A DNA stretch of 64,000 nt from a virus (taxonomy: Duplodnaviria > Heunggongvirae > Uroviricota > Caudoviricetes): the IMG/VR virus record IMGVR_UViG_3300009500_000011, positions 104,585 to 168,584 of that record. One strand, 5' to 3'. The translations under genes were made by a program, and so were the position numbers. The notes under the pieces are model-generated. The model was not told the origin of the DNA. It was given only the letters and a program-made list of their open reading frames with translations, and ran no database searches. Positions 1 to 10,092 of the stretch are shown one piece after another. Within the stretch, counting starts at the first letter, position 1; each line of letters opens with the position of its first letter.

Positions 1-1
1 A

Positions 2-112
2 GAAGAAATAGATTCTATGCAAAAACAATTAACAGAATTGTGTGAAAATCCTGAAATGGTCTTAGTCTCTCATAGAAGATTAAAAGTTGAAAGGCTTAGA
101 AATCCTAAATAA
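2..112 (+). CDS. 3' end of an upstream gene (partial, continues left of window); its TAA stop overlaps the primase ATG (TAATG)
   Basis: Open frame from position 2 to TAA 110-112; absent from the ORF track only because no start lies in the window. Confidence 0.4.
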   Translation, partial: EEIDSMQKQLTELCENPEMVLVSHRRLKVERLRNPK

Positions 113-1179
113 TGAAACCGGGGTTTAAATTAGACCCGGTTGCTGACCAATTCTGTGAAGTTTATGGTGTTAAGCAATTACTTGAAGATTGTGGTCTAAA
201 AAAAATTAGAAGTAGCGGAGATTATTTGATGGCTCTTTGTCCTTTTCATGATAATTCGCGTGAACCTGATTTTCAGATTACAAAGAAAAATGGTTTATAT
301 CTTTGCTTTGGCTGTGGTGCCGCAGGCAATCTTTATACTTTTGTTTCGCAAATTCATGGAATTTCAACCAAAGATGCAAATTCTTTTATTCAAAAATTAG
401 CAGGATTTGATTCTTCTATTAGTGTTGAAGATATCAAGTTTAGAGCAAATCTAAAAAATATATTTGGATTAAATAAAAATGGTGAAGAAGAGGAAGCAGA
501 AAGCAAGGCTCAATTTAAAATTACAGATTCTATAATTGCCAGAATGAATACGGGTCCAGACCCATATAATTATCTTTCCTCTAGAGGTTTCACTCCTGAA
601 ACAATCGCATATTTTGAATGTACGTTCACTAATAAGTGGCGAGTTTATAATCAAGAAACGGACCAATACGAATTCCAAGAACGTATTGTAGTTCCTGGTC
701 ATAATATAGATGGGTCTTTGTGTGGTTATATAGGTCGAACGCCTGTAAATCAAACACCTAAATATAGGTATACCGCACTTTATCCTAAATCAACATCTTT
801 ATTTAATTTACATAGAGTTAAAAATGAGATAAGTTCTACGGGAGTTATTCTTGTAGAAGGACCATTAGACGCTATGCAAATTCATAACTTGGGAATACCT
901 TATGTTTGCTCTATTTATGGAGCGAAATTACATCCCGCTCAAATTCAATTATTATGTAAATATACAAATAAAGTTTACTTAATGTTCGATAATGATAAAG
1001 CAGGACAAAATGTAATGAAAGAAAGTATCTTAAGTCTTAACGAATTATTAGATGTAAATATTGTGAGTCTTGATACTTATAAAGACCCTGGAGAAATTTT
1101 AATTCGTTCAGAATTAGATAGATTGTTAAAATCTTCTTTAAATTTTTCTACTTGGAAATTAATGAATGCAATTACATAA
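112..1179 (+). CDS. DNA primase, DnaG-like (CHC2 zinc finger + Toprim)
   Basis: N-terminal CPFH...C..C zinc-binding motif; Toprim-like EGPLDAM...DNDKAG acidic motifs. Confidence 0.8.
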   Translation: MKPGFKLDPVADQFCEVYGVKQLLEDCGLKKIRSSGDYLMALCPFHDNSREPDFQITKKNGLYLCFGCGAAGNLYTFVSQIHGISTKDANSFIQKLAGFDSSISVEDIKFRANLKNIFGLNKNGEEEEAESKAQFKITDSIIARMNTGPDPYNYLSSRGFTPETIAYFECTFTNKWRVYNQETDQYEFQERIVVPGHNIDGSLCGYIGRTPVNQTPKYRYTALYPKSTSLFNLHRVKNEISSTGVILVEGPLDAMQIHNLGIPYVCSIYGAKLHPAQIQLLCKYTNKVYLMFDNDKAGQNVMKESILSLNELLDVNIVSLDTYKDPGEILIRSELDRLLKSSLNFSTWKLMNAIT

Positions 1180-1316
1180 AAAGGTAGAAATTATGGCTAT
1201 TAGAAAATTTGGAGCCCCTTCAACATCACACGTTAAAGGCATTATTGCTGAAGATGTTCAAGAAGTTTTAATTAAGGCAAGTGAAAAATTATCCCAAACA
1301 GAAAAAGATAAATTAA

Positions 1317-1730
1317 ATGAAAAAGAACATGACAGCAATGAAGATGAAAGAAAAGAAGACAAATAACCCAGAAGAAAAGGCTTCTTTTATTCTTTCAGAA
1401 TTACAAATTATTTTAAATGAGCAAACCTTATCTGATATTGAAAAAGTCAAAAAGGTTTGCTCTTTAATTGAAAATTACTCTAATTTAGAATTTGCTGAAA
1501 TTGATGATACTGCTGAAAAAAATTGGTATCAAGAACAAATTTTAAATTTAGATGAACAAATATCTTTTTTGCAGGCAGAATTAGATGGTCTTATTAAACA
1601 AGGCTCAATGCTTAATGAAACATCTATTATAAAAATACAGAATGATGCTAGATTAAAGCAATTAGACCTAGATAAAAGAATTTTAGAAAATAAAAAACAA
1701 AGTTACTCCAACAAATTAAAAGGAATTTAA
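1317..1730 (+). CDS. hypothetical coiled-coil protein
   Basis: ORF track; Lys/Glu/Leu-rich heptad-like sequence; start ambiguous (1166..1366 overlaps). Confidence 0.4.
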   Translation: MKKNMTAMKMKEKKTNNPEEKASFILSELQIILNEQTLSDIEKVKKVCSLIENYSNLEFAEIDDTAEKNWYQEQILNLDEQISFLQAELDGLIKQGSMLNETSIIKIQNDARLKQLDLDKRILENKKQSYSNKLKGI

Positions 1731-1732
1731 TC

Positions 1733-4195
1733 GTGATTGTTGCTACAAAATCTATCGAAGATGTTTTAAAAGTTACCGCTGAAGAATTTTTCAAGAATGA
1801 AAAGATGGCAGTTGATGTATTTAATAGTAAATATGCATTGCAAAAAAAAGATGGAAGTTTAGAAACTCCAGGCGAATGTTTTTATAGAGTAGCAAAGTAT
1901 ATTGCATCTGCTGAAATTGATGATGGATTTACAAAAGAACAGGCAGATGATTTAGCTTCACAATGGTTCTGGGCAATGTGGAATAGAGACTTTATTCCAG
2001 GCGGAAGAATTATGTATGGTGCAGGTAATCCTGATAATGTTTCATTAGTGAATTGTACTACTGTGTCTTTAGGACCTAATGCAGAATTTCCAAATCAAGA
2101 TGATGATAATATTGAAGGTATTTATCGTTCTGCTTATGAAATGGCCCGTGTGCTTTCTAAAGGTGAAGGTGTTGGTATTGATGTAACTGCTTTACGTCCT
2201 ATAAATTCGCCTGTTAATAATGCTGCGAAAACAACTTCTGGTGCAGTTTCTTGGATGAGTTTATATGATTATACTACTGGAACTATTGCACAAAATGGTC
2301 GCCGTGGTGCATTATTAATTTCAATGAAAATTACTCATCCAGAAGTTTTTGAATTTATTAAAGTTAAATCTGATTTAAATAAAATTCAAAATGCTAATAT
2401 TTCTCTTCAAATTAATGATGCATTTATGAAGGCATATAAGAATGATGAAGAGTGGGAATTTAAATGGTCTTCTCTTGATGGGAAAAAAGTTATAACTTCA
2501 ACAGCCCCAGCAAGACAAATAATGAAGGCTATTGCAGAACATAGCGCAATGTTTGCAGAACCGGGTTTGCAATTTTCAGATACTGCGGCCAGGTATTCTA
2601 ATTCTGATGCTGTGGGTTATCCTGTAATAAGTACGAATGCTTGCTCTGAACAATTTTTAACACATTTGGATTCATGTGTTCTTGGTCATGCTAATTGGGC
2701 TACATTACCATTAAACTTAGAAGAAGCAGAAGTTGAAGCAGAAAAACGAGGATACTATATTTCTTGGTTTTTAGATAATGTTGTGACTAAGCAATTAGTT
2801 GATAAACGTTCTCCACTTCCAGGTTCAGCAGAAAAATCAAGATTATTGCGTCGAATTGGTCAAGGTTTCACAGGGTTAGCAGATTATTTATCTAAGATAG
2901 GCATTTCATATGATAGTGATGCAGCAATACAAGTTGCATCTAGATTATCAAAAGCAATGACCAAAGGCGCTTATAGACGTTCTATGGATGCTGGTAAAGA
3001 ACGTGGAAGTTACTTGGCTTTTAATAAAACAAAACTTTTAAATTCAAAATTTATTCAAAATATGATTGAAGATGGAGTTATTCCTGAAAATTTTGAACAC
3101 ATGAGAAATGTTTGTAATACTACGGTTGCACCTGTTGGTACAGGTAATCTTATGGTGCAAGGATGGGCCAATGGAACTGAACCAGGTATTGGTTTTGTTT
3201 ATTGGCGTAGAACGCGCGTTTCCGGTGAATATGTATGGTACTTTGTTGTTAACGAATTTGTTTTTGAATTGCTTAAAGATTATCCAGAATTAGTTGATGA
3301 AATAAAGAACAAAGTTGCAGAAATTAATGCCACTCCAATTGGCCAAAAACGTTTTGATATGGAAGATTCGGTATTTAATTTAATTGACGGAAAAATTAAT
3401 TTAAATATTCACAAATTCTCTCATTTAGTTGACCCTATAAAAAAAGCCGATTTGATGGGCGCTGTTCAAAGATATATTGATTCTGCTTTATCAGTTACTT
3501 ATAACATGCCTTTTTCAACAACAGTTGAACAAATCGAACAATTATATGTACGTTGTTGGGAAAATGGATTAAAAGGTGTTGCAATTTATCGTGAAGACCC
3601 TCAAAATAGAGAGCCAATCTTTATGTTTCAACGTCCAGAATCATATAATTATCGTCAAGTTCCAATTTCTCCTGTCATAAAGTATATGTTATCAGAAGAA
3701 AGAGTTGTTGACAAACGTCCACCTGAATTAACAGGTAAAACACAAGTTGTAAATGCAGAAGGTCATAAATTTTATTTTACATATAATTTTAATGAAGTTG
3801 GAGATTTGTATGAAGTCTTTTGTACAACGAACAGTCGTGAGCCCAAGATTTCAACAGAAGCTGCTCAAAATGTATTGGTCAATCTTTTAGAAGAATGTAA
3901 TGTTCCGAAAGATTTTATTAATGACCAATTAGAGAAATCAAGTCACCAAGGTTCTGCACAAAAAATCACTAGATTGGTTTCATTGGCTTTACGTCACTAC
4001 ATTAGTGTTCCTTTAATCGTACTTGCTCTTGATGAACTTGAAGTTCCTGTTTCTTCATATATTTATCATTTACGCAGAGGGCTTTCGCAATTTTTACCAA
4101 GACAGGTAGAAAAATGTGCTAGTTGTGGAGAAGATTCAATGATTATTGAGAGTGGATGTGAACATTGCGATAATTGCGGCGCTAGTAAGTGTTAA
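1733..4195 (+). CDS. ribonucleotide reductase, single-chain (probably class II, B12-dependent), with C-terminal Cys4 zinc ribbon
   Basis: GTG start with AAGGA RBS; NxCxE active-site motif (STNACSEQF); 820 aa; no small-subunit gene nearby; C-terminal CASCG...CEHCDNCG. Confidence 0.8.
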   Translation: MIVATKSIEDVLKVTAEEFFKNEKMAVDVFNSKYALQKKDGSLETPGECFYRVAKYIASAEIDDGFTKEQADDLASQWFWAMWNRDFIPGGRIMYGAGNPDNVSLVNCTTVSLGPNAEFPNQDDDNIEGIYRSAYEMARVLSKGEGVGIDVTALRPINSPVNNAAKTTSGAVSWMSLYDYTTGTIAQNGRRGALLISMKITHPEVFEFIKVKSDLNKIQNANISLQINDAFMKAYKNDEEWEFKWSSLDGKKVITSTAPARQIMKAIAEHSAMFAEPGLQFSDTAARYSNSDAVGYPVISTNACSEQFLTHLDSCVLGHANWATLPLNLEEAEVEAEKRGYYISWFLDNVVTKQLVDKRSPLPGSAEKSRLLRRIGQGFTGLADYLSKIGISYDSDAAIQVASRLSKAMTKGAYRRSMDAGKERGSYLAFNKTKLLNSKFIQNMIEDGVIPENFEHMRNVCNTTVAPVGTGNLMVQGWANGTEPGIGFVYWRRTRVSGEYVWYFVVNEFVFELLKDYPELVDEIKNKVAEINATPIGQKRFDMEDSVFNLIDGKINLNIHKFSHLVDPIKKADLMGAVQRYIDSALSVTYNMPFSTTVEQIEQLYVRCWENGLKGVAIYREDPQNREPIFMFQRPESYNYRQVPISPVIKYMLSEERVVDKRPPELTGKTQVVNAEGHKFYFTYNFNEVGDLYEVFCTTNSREPKISTEAAQNVLVNLLEECNVPKDFINDQLEKSSHQGSAQKITRLVSLALRHYISVPLIVLALDELEVPVSSYIYHLRRGLSQFLPRQVEKCASCGEDSMIIESGCEHCDNCGASKC

Positions 4196-4200
4196 ACAAA

Positions 4201-4236
4201 AAGGACCTAAAGCGTAAATGTTTTAGGTCCTTTACT
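4201..4236 (+). terminator. intrinsic terminator hairpin after the RNR gene
   Basis: aaggacctaaagcgtaaatgttttaggtcctt: perfect stem followed by T-rich tail. Confidence 0.6.
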
Positions 4237-4282
4237 ACAATTACTAAGTACACAACAATATAAATCTAAGGATAAATTTTTA

Positions 4283-5812
4283 ATGTTAGATGCCGATTCT
4301 GATTCTCTTTTTGATGTACCTGTGTCACACAATTCTTTATTTTCATCTGTTACTCCAACTCCAAATCCACCCAAAAGTAGTATTTCTAGTTTTAATGAAA
4401 ATAATCCTAATAAAAGTCGTTTGGATAAATTTTTTAAAGGTTTAAGCAAAGAAGAAAAACAAGAATTAAAACGTAAAATTCAAGATGAAGCATATACATT
4501 TACTGATTCTTTGTATTCAATTATTGTTGATATAGCTCGCGGGCAAGGAAAACAAGTAATAGATTATCCTGAACGTTGGTTATTACCAGAAGACCAAAGT
4601 GATGTTGATGAAACATCAATGGCTTCATTAACTAAAAATCTTGTTATCGGGTATACAAAATATATCAATGTTGTTTACTATTTGTCATTTGATTATTTAG
4701 TTCACACGAAATATTCTATCGTTAAAAGTTTTTTAATGAGAGGTGATGAACATAGACCTCCATATAAATCTAAATTTGATATTTCTTTGGATGAACAAAA
4801 AGAAGTTGTTATTCAAGGTATTTTTCACATCATAAATAATGAAAACAAAAATAAACTTCAAGTTGAAGTTACTGATGAAGCTATTATTATTACTGGATTA
4901 AACACGGATAATGAAGCTGAAAAATTTCGTGAAACTTTTGAAGAAGAACTAAAAAATAATGATGTTTTTAAAAATAAAACTTTCACTTTTACAGATAAAT
5001 TATTTCCAAAATTTATTAAACAAAGTGGTGTTGAAAGAGCGGATGTTGTTTTCCCAAAAGAAATTTGGAAAGAAATTGAAATTAATGTTATAAATGTATT
5101 TTTAAAAAATGAACAATATGTCGCCAAAAATATACCTACTAAACGCGGTATTATTTTGGAAGGACCTCCAGGTAATGGAAAATCGTTACTTGTAAAATAT
5201 ATAGAGAATGCTCTTGCTGATAAGGTAACTTTTATTTATGTTACTGATGCTTTAGTTGCAAATCCTAATTCTTTAAGTAAAATATTTGATATTGCTCGTC
5301 GGTATACTCCGTGTGTTCTTGTTTTAGAAGATGTAGATTCTATTGGTTCTTCTAGAGAATACGGAAATCCAAGTATTACTGCTGAACTTCTTTCACGATT
5401 AGATGGTTTGGAAGAATTAGTAGATTTTGTTACTATTGCTACTACAAATTTTCCTGAAAAAATTGATGATGCATTAAAAAATAGACCTAATCGTTTTGAT
5501 AGAAGAATCAAAATTAAATTGCCAAGTCCAGAAAGATGTGCCGAACTTTTAAAAATTTCCCTAAATCATAGAGGCGTTTTAAATATAAAAAATGAAGAAG
5601 TAAATCAAATTAGTGAAAAATTAAATGGGTTTTCAGGGGCACAAATTAAAGAAGTTATTATTACTGCACAGATGATTGCTCTTTATGAAAATAGAGAAGT
5701 TGAATACAAAGATTTAATTCAATCTGTTGAATTTTTAAAAGAAAACTATTATGATGACAAAAATATCGGAGTTGGAGATACTTCTAAGAAAAAAGTAGGA
5801 TTTAGAGGATGA
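4283..5812 (+). CDS. AAA+ ATPase
   Basis: Walker A GPPGNGKS; Walker B VLVLEDVD; sensor/arginine region. Confidence 0.75.
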   Translation: MLDADSDSLFDVPVSHNSLFSSVTPTPNPPKSSISSFNENNPNKSRLDKFFKGLSKEEKQELKRKIQDEAYTFTDSLYSIIVDIARGQGKQVIDYPERWLLPEDQSDVDETSMASLTKNLVIGYTKYINVVYYLSFDYLVHTKYSIVKSFLMRGDEHRPPYKSKFDISLDEQKEVVIQGIFHIINNENKNKLQVEVTDEAIIITGLNTDNEAEKFRETFEEELKNNDVFKNKTFTFTDKLFPKFIKQSGVERADVVFPKEIWKEIEINVINVFLKNEQYVAKNIPTKRGIILEGPPGNGKSLLVKYIENALADKVTFIYVTDALVANPNSLSKIFDIARRYTPCVLVLEDVDSIGSSREYGNPSITAELLSRLDGLEELVDFVTIATTNFPEKIDDALKNRPNRFDRRIKIKLPSPERCAELLKISLNHRGVLNIKNEEVNQISEKLNGFSGAQIKEVIITAQMIALYENREVEYKDLIQSVEFLKENYYDDKNIGVGDTSKKKVGFRG

Positions 5813-6513
5813 ATTTAAAATTTAAAAATCGAATTGCTTTAATTGGTAGAATGGGTAGTGGAAAATCAGAAATTGCAAAACACTTTGTCAATAGTTTAAA
5901 TTTTAAGCGTGTTGCTTTAGGTGATGCTTTAAAAGAAGAAATTGTTAATTATGGTTTAATACCTGGAAGTATTATTGAAAAAAGTAGAGATAGAAAAACA
6001 CTTCAAGATTGGGGACAACATCGCAGAGGTGAAAAAGAACGTTTTGTTTTTAAATCCAAACTTTTTCATAATAAAAATAAAGTTTCTGATGGTGTAACCA
6101 ATTATATAAATTATCAAGGGAAAAAATTAAGTCTTGTAACATACAATGTTGATTCATATAATATGATTTCCAAAAGTTTTGGTGAATGTTACCTAGATTA
6201 TTGGATTGATTTATTGATGCCAAATGTCAAAAAATTAATTGCTCAAGGTAATTATGTAATTAATGATGATATTCGTCGTCAAAATGAACTTGATGCTTTT
6301 AAATATATGGGATTTACTACTGTAAAAATATCTGTTGAAAACGATATAAGATATAAACGATTAAAAATTAGAGATAATCAATCTGATTTTGATGAGTCTA
6401 TTATGAATGATATTTCAGAAAATGAAATAGATTCATTAATTGCTGATTTCGATATTAGTAATAATGGTACAATTGAAGAAACTTTGAGTACACTATATCA
6501 ATATATAATGTAA
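5809..6513 (+). CDS. P-loop nucleoside/nucleotide (dNMP) kinase-like protein
   Basis: N-terminal IALIGRMGSGKSE P-loop; ~230 aa. Confidence 0.6.
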   Translation: MNLKFKNRIALIGRMGSGKSEIAKHFVNSLNFKRVALGDALKEEIVNYGLIPGSIIEKSRDRKTLQDWGQHRRGEKERFVFKSKLFHNKNKVSDGVTNYINYQGKKLSLVTYNVDSYNMISKSFGECYLDYWIDLLMPNVKKLIAQGNYVINDDIRRQNELDAFKYMGFTTVKISVENDIRYKRLKIRDNQSDFDESIMNDISENEIDSLIADFDISNNGTIEETLSTLYQYIM

Positions 6514-6542
6514 CATTTAATTAAATATTCCCTATAATATTA

Positions 6543-6572
6543 AAGAAGAAATTTTAATTTTCTTCTTTTTTC
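6543..6572 (+). terminator. intrinsic terminator
   Basis: aagaagaaattttaattttcttctttttt hairpin plus T-run. Confidence 0.6.
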
Positions 6573-6605
6573 TATTCTTTATATCGAAAGAAGTAATTTA
6601 TTATA

Positions 6606-6983
6606 GTGAGAACATTTGACGACGTAAGTCCAGAAAAACATAAAGAAATATCTATAAAAGTTTTAAAATATTGGTTAAAAAACATTTATAAGATGGATGG
6701 TTTATCAACTCCGTCTAATGGTGTTATCAAGCAAGAAGATATTTTATTGCAATCTCAACAACTAGGTAATGTTTTTTGTTTAAAATTAGATATTACTGCT
6801 GCAATTGATACGTTACCACTTCGCTTAAAAAAAATTGTTTATCTTCATTATATAATTGGTTTCCCGGTTAGTAAAATTTGTTTAATGTTAGGGTTTAAAT
6901 TTCGTGTTGACCTTTATAGAAGACTTGACGAATGCTTTGAAATAATGTATGATTTTTTAGGACCTAATTGGTTACGTTCTTAA
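6606..6983 (+). CDS. sigma-70 region-4-like HTH protein (possible phage transcription factor); start uncertain (GTG or internal ATG)
   Basis: LPLRLKKIVYLHYIIGFPVSKICLMLGF resembles sigma region 4.2 (LP.RER.V..L....G.S..EIA..LG). Confidence 0.4.
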   Translation: MRTFDDVSPEKHKEISIKVLKYWLKNIYKMDGLSTPSNGVIKQEDILLQSQQLGNVFCLKLDITAAIDTLPLRLKKIVYLHYIIGFPVSKICLMLGFKFRVDLYRRLDECFEIMYDFLGPNWLRS

Positions 6984-6994
6984 TAAGAATCAAT

Positions 6995-7546
6995 ATGGAA
7001 AATCTTTTAAAATCAGCAAAAAATATAGGATGTATTGGGACTAAGGATGATTTAGACGAGATTAGAATTAAAACTTGTCTTTTGATTGGTTATTGGATAG
7101 CAAAACAAAATAAGTTTGTTCATAGTGGAAACGCTAAAGGTTGTGATAATTTGTATGCAACTGGAGCAAATAATGTTAATCCATCTTTGGTTCACTTATA
7201 TTTAAGTGATAATAAGCATAATTCTAAATTCATAGTAGATGGAAATATTTTACATTATCAAGAAGATTTTCCTGATTGGTCTGGAATTGCTGAAATGTAT
7301 CATCCGCGATACAATTTCTTGCCGAAATATGCACAAAAACTGTTTAATCGTAATGCTGGAATTGTTCTTGCTTCGGATTTAGTTATCGCTATGCCAAGTA
7401 GATTAAAGTCTTGGGGTGGTGGAACAGGACATGGAATGAAGATAGCCAAAGGTCTTGGTATCCCAGTTATTAATTTGAGCCGAGAAGAAGAAAGAGAAGA
7501 AATTATTAAATTTATATTAAATGATAGCGACGTTTTTTCGTTGTAA
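6995..7546 (+). CDS. DprA/Smf-like Rossmann-fold (SLOG) nucleotide-binding protein
   Basis: GNAKGCDNLYATGA...AGIVLASDLVIAMPSRLKSWGGGTGHGMKIAKGLGIPV matches the DprA/LOG fold signature; ATG at 6995 is preferred over the track's TTG start. Confidence 0.55.
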   Translation: MENLLKSAKNIGCIGTKDDLDEIRIKTCLLIGYWIAKQNKFVHSGNAKGCDNLYATGANNVNPSLVHLYLSDNKHNSKFIVDGNILHYQEDFPDWSGIAEMYHPRYNFLPKYAQKLFNRNAGIVLASDLVIAMPSRLKSWGGGTGHGMKIAKGLGIPVINLSREEEREEIIKFILNDSDVFSL

Positions 7547-7561
7547 ACAAGATGGTGATTT

Positions 7562-8041
7562 ATGGAAATTATAGAAACTACTACTTCCGAAAGCGCAAAC
7601 CCACTTATAATAGATGAATTAGACTCAAAGACTCAGGAAATGGTTGAAGAAATTATTGCAAAGGAACCTCAACAACCCTTGCATGTTGTTTCAGAGATTC
7701 CAATAACTATGGATAATTTTGATTTATTAAAGAAAAAATATCGTCCATTAATGTGGAGATATATTCGTTTGGTGCATAATATGCATAATAAATCTGTTGA
7801 ATTTGATGATTTAGAACAAGAAGCAGATTGGGCATTATGGAATTCAATTAAAAATTTTGATGATACTAGAAATGTATTTTTTCCTGTTTATTTAGGTAAA
7901 GCTGTGCTAAATCGCTTATTATGTTATTGTCGAAATTACTTACCTCATTTCTATAAAAAAGACCCCGAAAAAGAAGGTAAGTTTAAGCGTGTTAAAGTTA
8001 ATGTTGATACTTTAGACGACCCAAATACTTATAATTTTTAA
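7562..8041 (+). CDS. sigma-70 region-2-like protein
   Basis: FDDLEQEADWALWNSIKNFDDTRNVFFPVYLGKAV resembles sigma region 2.1-2.2. Confidence 0.4.
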   Translation: MEIIETTTSESANPLIIDELDSKTQEMVEEIIAKEPQQPLHVVSEIPITMDNFDLLKKKYRPLMWRYIRLVHNMHNKSVEFDDLEQEADWALWNSIKNFDDTRNVFFPVYLGKAVLNRLLCYCRNYLPHFYKKDPEKEGKFKRVKVNVDTLDDPNTYNF

Positions 8042-8045
8042 TTAA

Positions 8046-8411
8046 ATGCAAAAACAAGATATAGACAAAATTTTATCTACGGTATATGAATTGTACGATT
8101 TGCGTCTTCAAATGGCTAATCTTATTCAGGATTTACAAGAAAATTTAGGTAAAATAGAAAATTCTGAAAATCAATTGGTTAATATGTCATATATATTAAG
8201 AGATTTTTGGGAAACTTTGTCTAACATAGATTTAAATGAATCTTTTTCTTTTATTAATGATATAGAACAAAATGCAAATGAACTATCATATAAAGTGAGG
8301 AAGGCAGAAGAAGAGATTAGAACGGCTGTAAATCCTATATTAAAAAATACGCCAGTATATTTTGATGCACTTCATCCACCAAACGAATTAGATTATTTTA
8401 GTAAGGAATAA
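8046..8411 (+). CDS. hypothetical protein
   Basis: ORF track; tight + strand packing. Confidence 0.5.
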   Translation: MQKQDIDKILSTVYELYDLRLQMANLIQDLQENLGKIENSENQLVNMSYILRDFWETLSNIDLNESFSFINDIEQNANELSYKVRKAEEEIRTAVNPILKNTPVYFDALHPPNELDYFSKE

Positions 8412-8417
8412 AAATTT

Positions 8418-8780
8418 ATGTCAGTAAATACACCAACTGCTCCTACAAGTGGAGCAACTACTCCAACGAATACAACTTCGGACCAAATCAAAGCAGTTCT
8501 TGTTCATGTTGGAATTTTAGCTGCATTAGGCGCAGGAGTCGCATTAATTCCAGCATTAATTGCTTGGTTAACAAATGCAAACTTTTCTACCTTATTGCCT
8601 CCAGCATTAGCTGTATATGGCTCTATGATTGTACCACTTGTTGTTTCTGCTTTACAAAAAGTTCAAGCACAATTGCAAGCACAACTTGCACAAGAACAAG
8701 CCGCAGTTGCAAATGCTCAAGTTTCGGCACTTCAAGCCAAATTGTTAACTTTAACGCCTAAGTCTAAAAAAACTTCATAA
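8418..8780 (+). CDS. small Ala-rich membrane protein (two TM helices) with coiled-coil tail
   Basis: hydrophobic AVLVHVGILAALGAGVALIPALIAWL segment; RBS aaggaataaaaatttatg. Confidence 0.5.
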   Translation: MSVNTPTAPTSGATTPTNTTSDQIKAVLVHVGILAALGAGVALIPALIAWLTNANFSTLLPPALAVYGSMIVPLVVSALQKVQAQLQAQLAQEQAAVANAQVSALQAKLLTLTPKSKKTS

Positions 8781-8781
8781 A

Positions 8782-9054
8782 ATGGACTTAGTGAGAAAAA
8801 CCGTTGAGCTTTCTGAATTACCGTTTCAATTTGAAGGTGCTTCAGTAAGAATAAAGTATAAAGGTCCAAATATAAATAAAGACAATATAGTGATTCCAAC
8901 ATCGGACAATTATATTGTCGAAGTTTATGACCCAAAAGATAATGAATGGAAAGTTTGGCATATGGTTCAATCAATTAAGATTGAAATAGATGTAAATACA
9001 AAAATTCCAAAATTAGAAATATCTTGGATTGATAAAACAAACGGTATTTTTTAA
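8782..9054 (+). CDS. hypothetical protein
   Basis: ORF track. Confidence 0.5.
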   Translation: MDLVRKTVELSELPFQFEGASVRIKYKGPNINKDNIVIPTSDNYIVEVYDPKDNEWKVWHMVQSIKIEIDVNTKIPKLEISWIDKTNGIF

Positions 9055-9057
9055 AAT

Positions 9058-9084
9058 AAAGGAACCTAAAAACAGGTTCCTTTA
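9058..9084. terminator. bidirectional terminator between convergent genes
   Basis: aaaggaacctaaaaacaggttccttt perfect 10-bp hairpin with T/A tracts on both sides. Confidence 0.65.
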
Positions 9085-9113
9085 TTGTTTATGAGTCAAC
9101 CAATAGGCGCTTT

Positions 9114-9836
9114 TTATGTTGGGTCTTGGTCAAGAGCCCATAGGTCACTTATTAAGGAAGCATCAGCTTTAATGAGATGAGCCATATTACGAATCCATGC
9201 CGCAGATGAATGAACGGAAGCAATTGCTGTTGTTGCATCATTTAATAAATGATTTTGACTTGGGTCTAAACATGCAATGTCCCAGCGACAAGAAGAATCT
9301 CCTGAAAAGATTCCATATCCTCTTTGAGGAACGGTATCTTCTCCATCGTCATTTGTTTGAAGTGCGCGTTCACCGTGAGTTGAAACAATATAAATAGGTC
9401 CATTTATTAAAACAGATGGTTCTACAGAAACATTAAATGAACCGTTTGCTTCAATATTTTTTATTTTACAAACTCTTGCTACAATTCCGGCATGAATCCA
9501 TGCATGTGCAAAAGTATAAGGATTTGGACCCCAAGAACCTGTAGTAGTTACATCTGAACCATCCATCGTAAGAGCAGCGATTTCAACGTTTGCGCTTCCA
9601 TCACGGGGGTCAGAATTAAGGTGCCATGTTCCGTATGTCGTAACATCAGTTAAGTTGTTGTTTTTATAAATTGTGAATGCGTTTTTAAGAGTTTTCCAAT
9701 CAATTTTTGAGGGGTCGGTTACAGTTCCAAGAGAGGCGATATATTCACTTGAAAGATTGCCTGTTAAAGCAAATTCAATATGATAATCTCTCTGTCTTGT
9801 TGGTGGAGTAACGCTCCAATGACATGTTAAAATCAT
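9114..9836 (-). CDS. hypothetical protein; one of only a few convincing minus-strand genes
   Basis: 240-aa ORF bounded by the bidirectional terminator and a divergent promoter region; no recognisable motif. Confidence 0.55.
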   Translation of the reverse strand: MILTCHWSVTPPTRQRDYHIEFALTGNLSSEYIASLGTVTDPSKIDWKTLKNAFTIYKNNNLTDVTTYGTWHLNSDPRDGSANVEIAALTMDGSDVTTTGSWGPNPYTFAHAWIHAGIVARVCKIKNIEANGSFNVSVEPSVLINGPIYIVSTHGERALQTNDDGEDTVPQRGYGIFSGDSSCRWDIACLDPSQNHLLNDATTAIASVHSSAAWIRNMAHLIKADASLISDLWALDQDPT

Positions 9837-9846
9837 TTTAAAAATC

Positions 9847-10038
9847 CTAATTTAATTTTTGAATAGTAATAGTAGTTCCGCCTTCAGTAATAGAAACGTC
9901 TCCAAGACCATAGGCAGATAAATTAGCTGTTGTAGTCATTGTTGGAATTTGAACAACGATTGGTTTATTATCTTCAAAATTAGAAATATCTTTTAAAATA
10001 GCACCAATCATGCGAAGGTCTGTAAGTGGATTGCTCAT
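9847..10038 (-). CDS. hypothetical small protein, co-oriented with 9114..9836
   Basis: 63-aa ORF 10 nt upstream of the 240-aa gene; TATAAT directly upstream of its ATG on the minus strand. Confidence 0.45.
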   Translation of the reverse strand: MSNPLTDLRMIGAILKDISNFEDNKPIVVQIPTMTTTANLSAYGLGDVSITEGGTTITIQKLN

Positions 10039-10053
10039 AATTATACCCTTTAT

Positions 10054-10092
10054 GTATCAATTCTGGTTATATAATAAGAATATGCAATTGAT
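10054..10092. promoter_or_regulatory. 9-bp perfect inverted repeat (gtatcaatt ... aattgatac) in the divergent promoter region
   Basis: seen between the minus-strand operon start and gene 10111; candidate operator. Confidence 0.35.

Noticed and set aside
469-753. Minus-strand ORF inside the primase gene (and similar antisense ORFs 3108, 4207, 4858, 5236, 8564, 8732, 9197, 11387, 12562, 13302, 13590, 13745, 33700, 34185, 38582, 40343, 46194, 55074, 55966, 56024)
   Set aside because: Embedded in or antisense to well-supported genes, AT-rich-genome artefacts, no RBS
1733-4195. Class III (anaerobic, glycyl-radical) RNR assignment based on RVSGEY and C-terminal zinc ribbon
   Set aside because: The RVSGEY segment is mid-protein rather than C-terminal and lacks the RVCGY consensus; the NxCxE motif indicates a class I/II catalytic core, so class II was preferred
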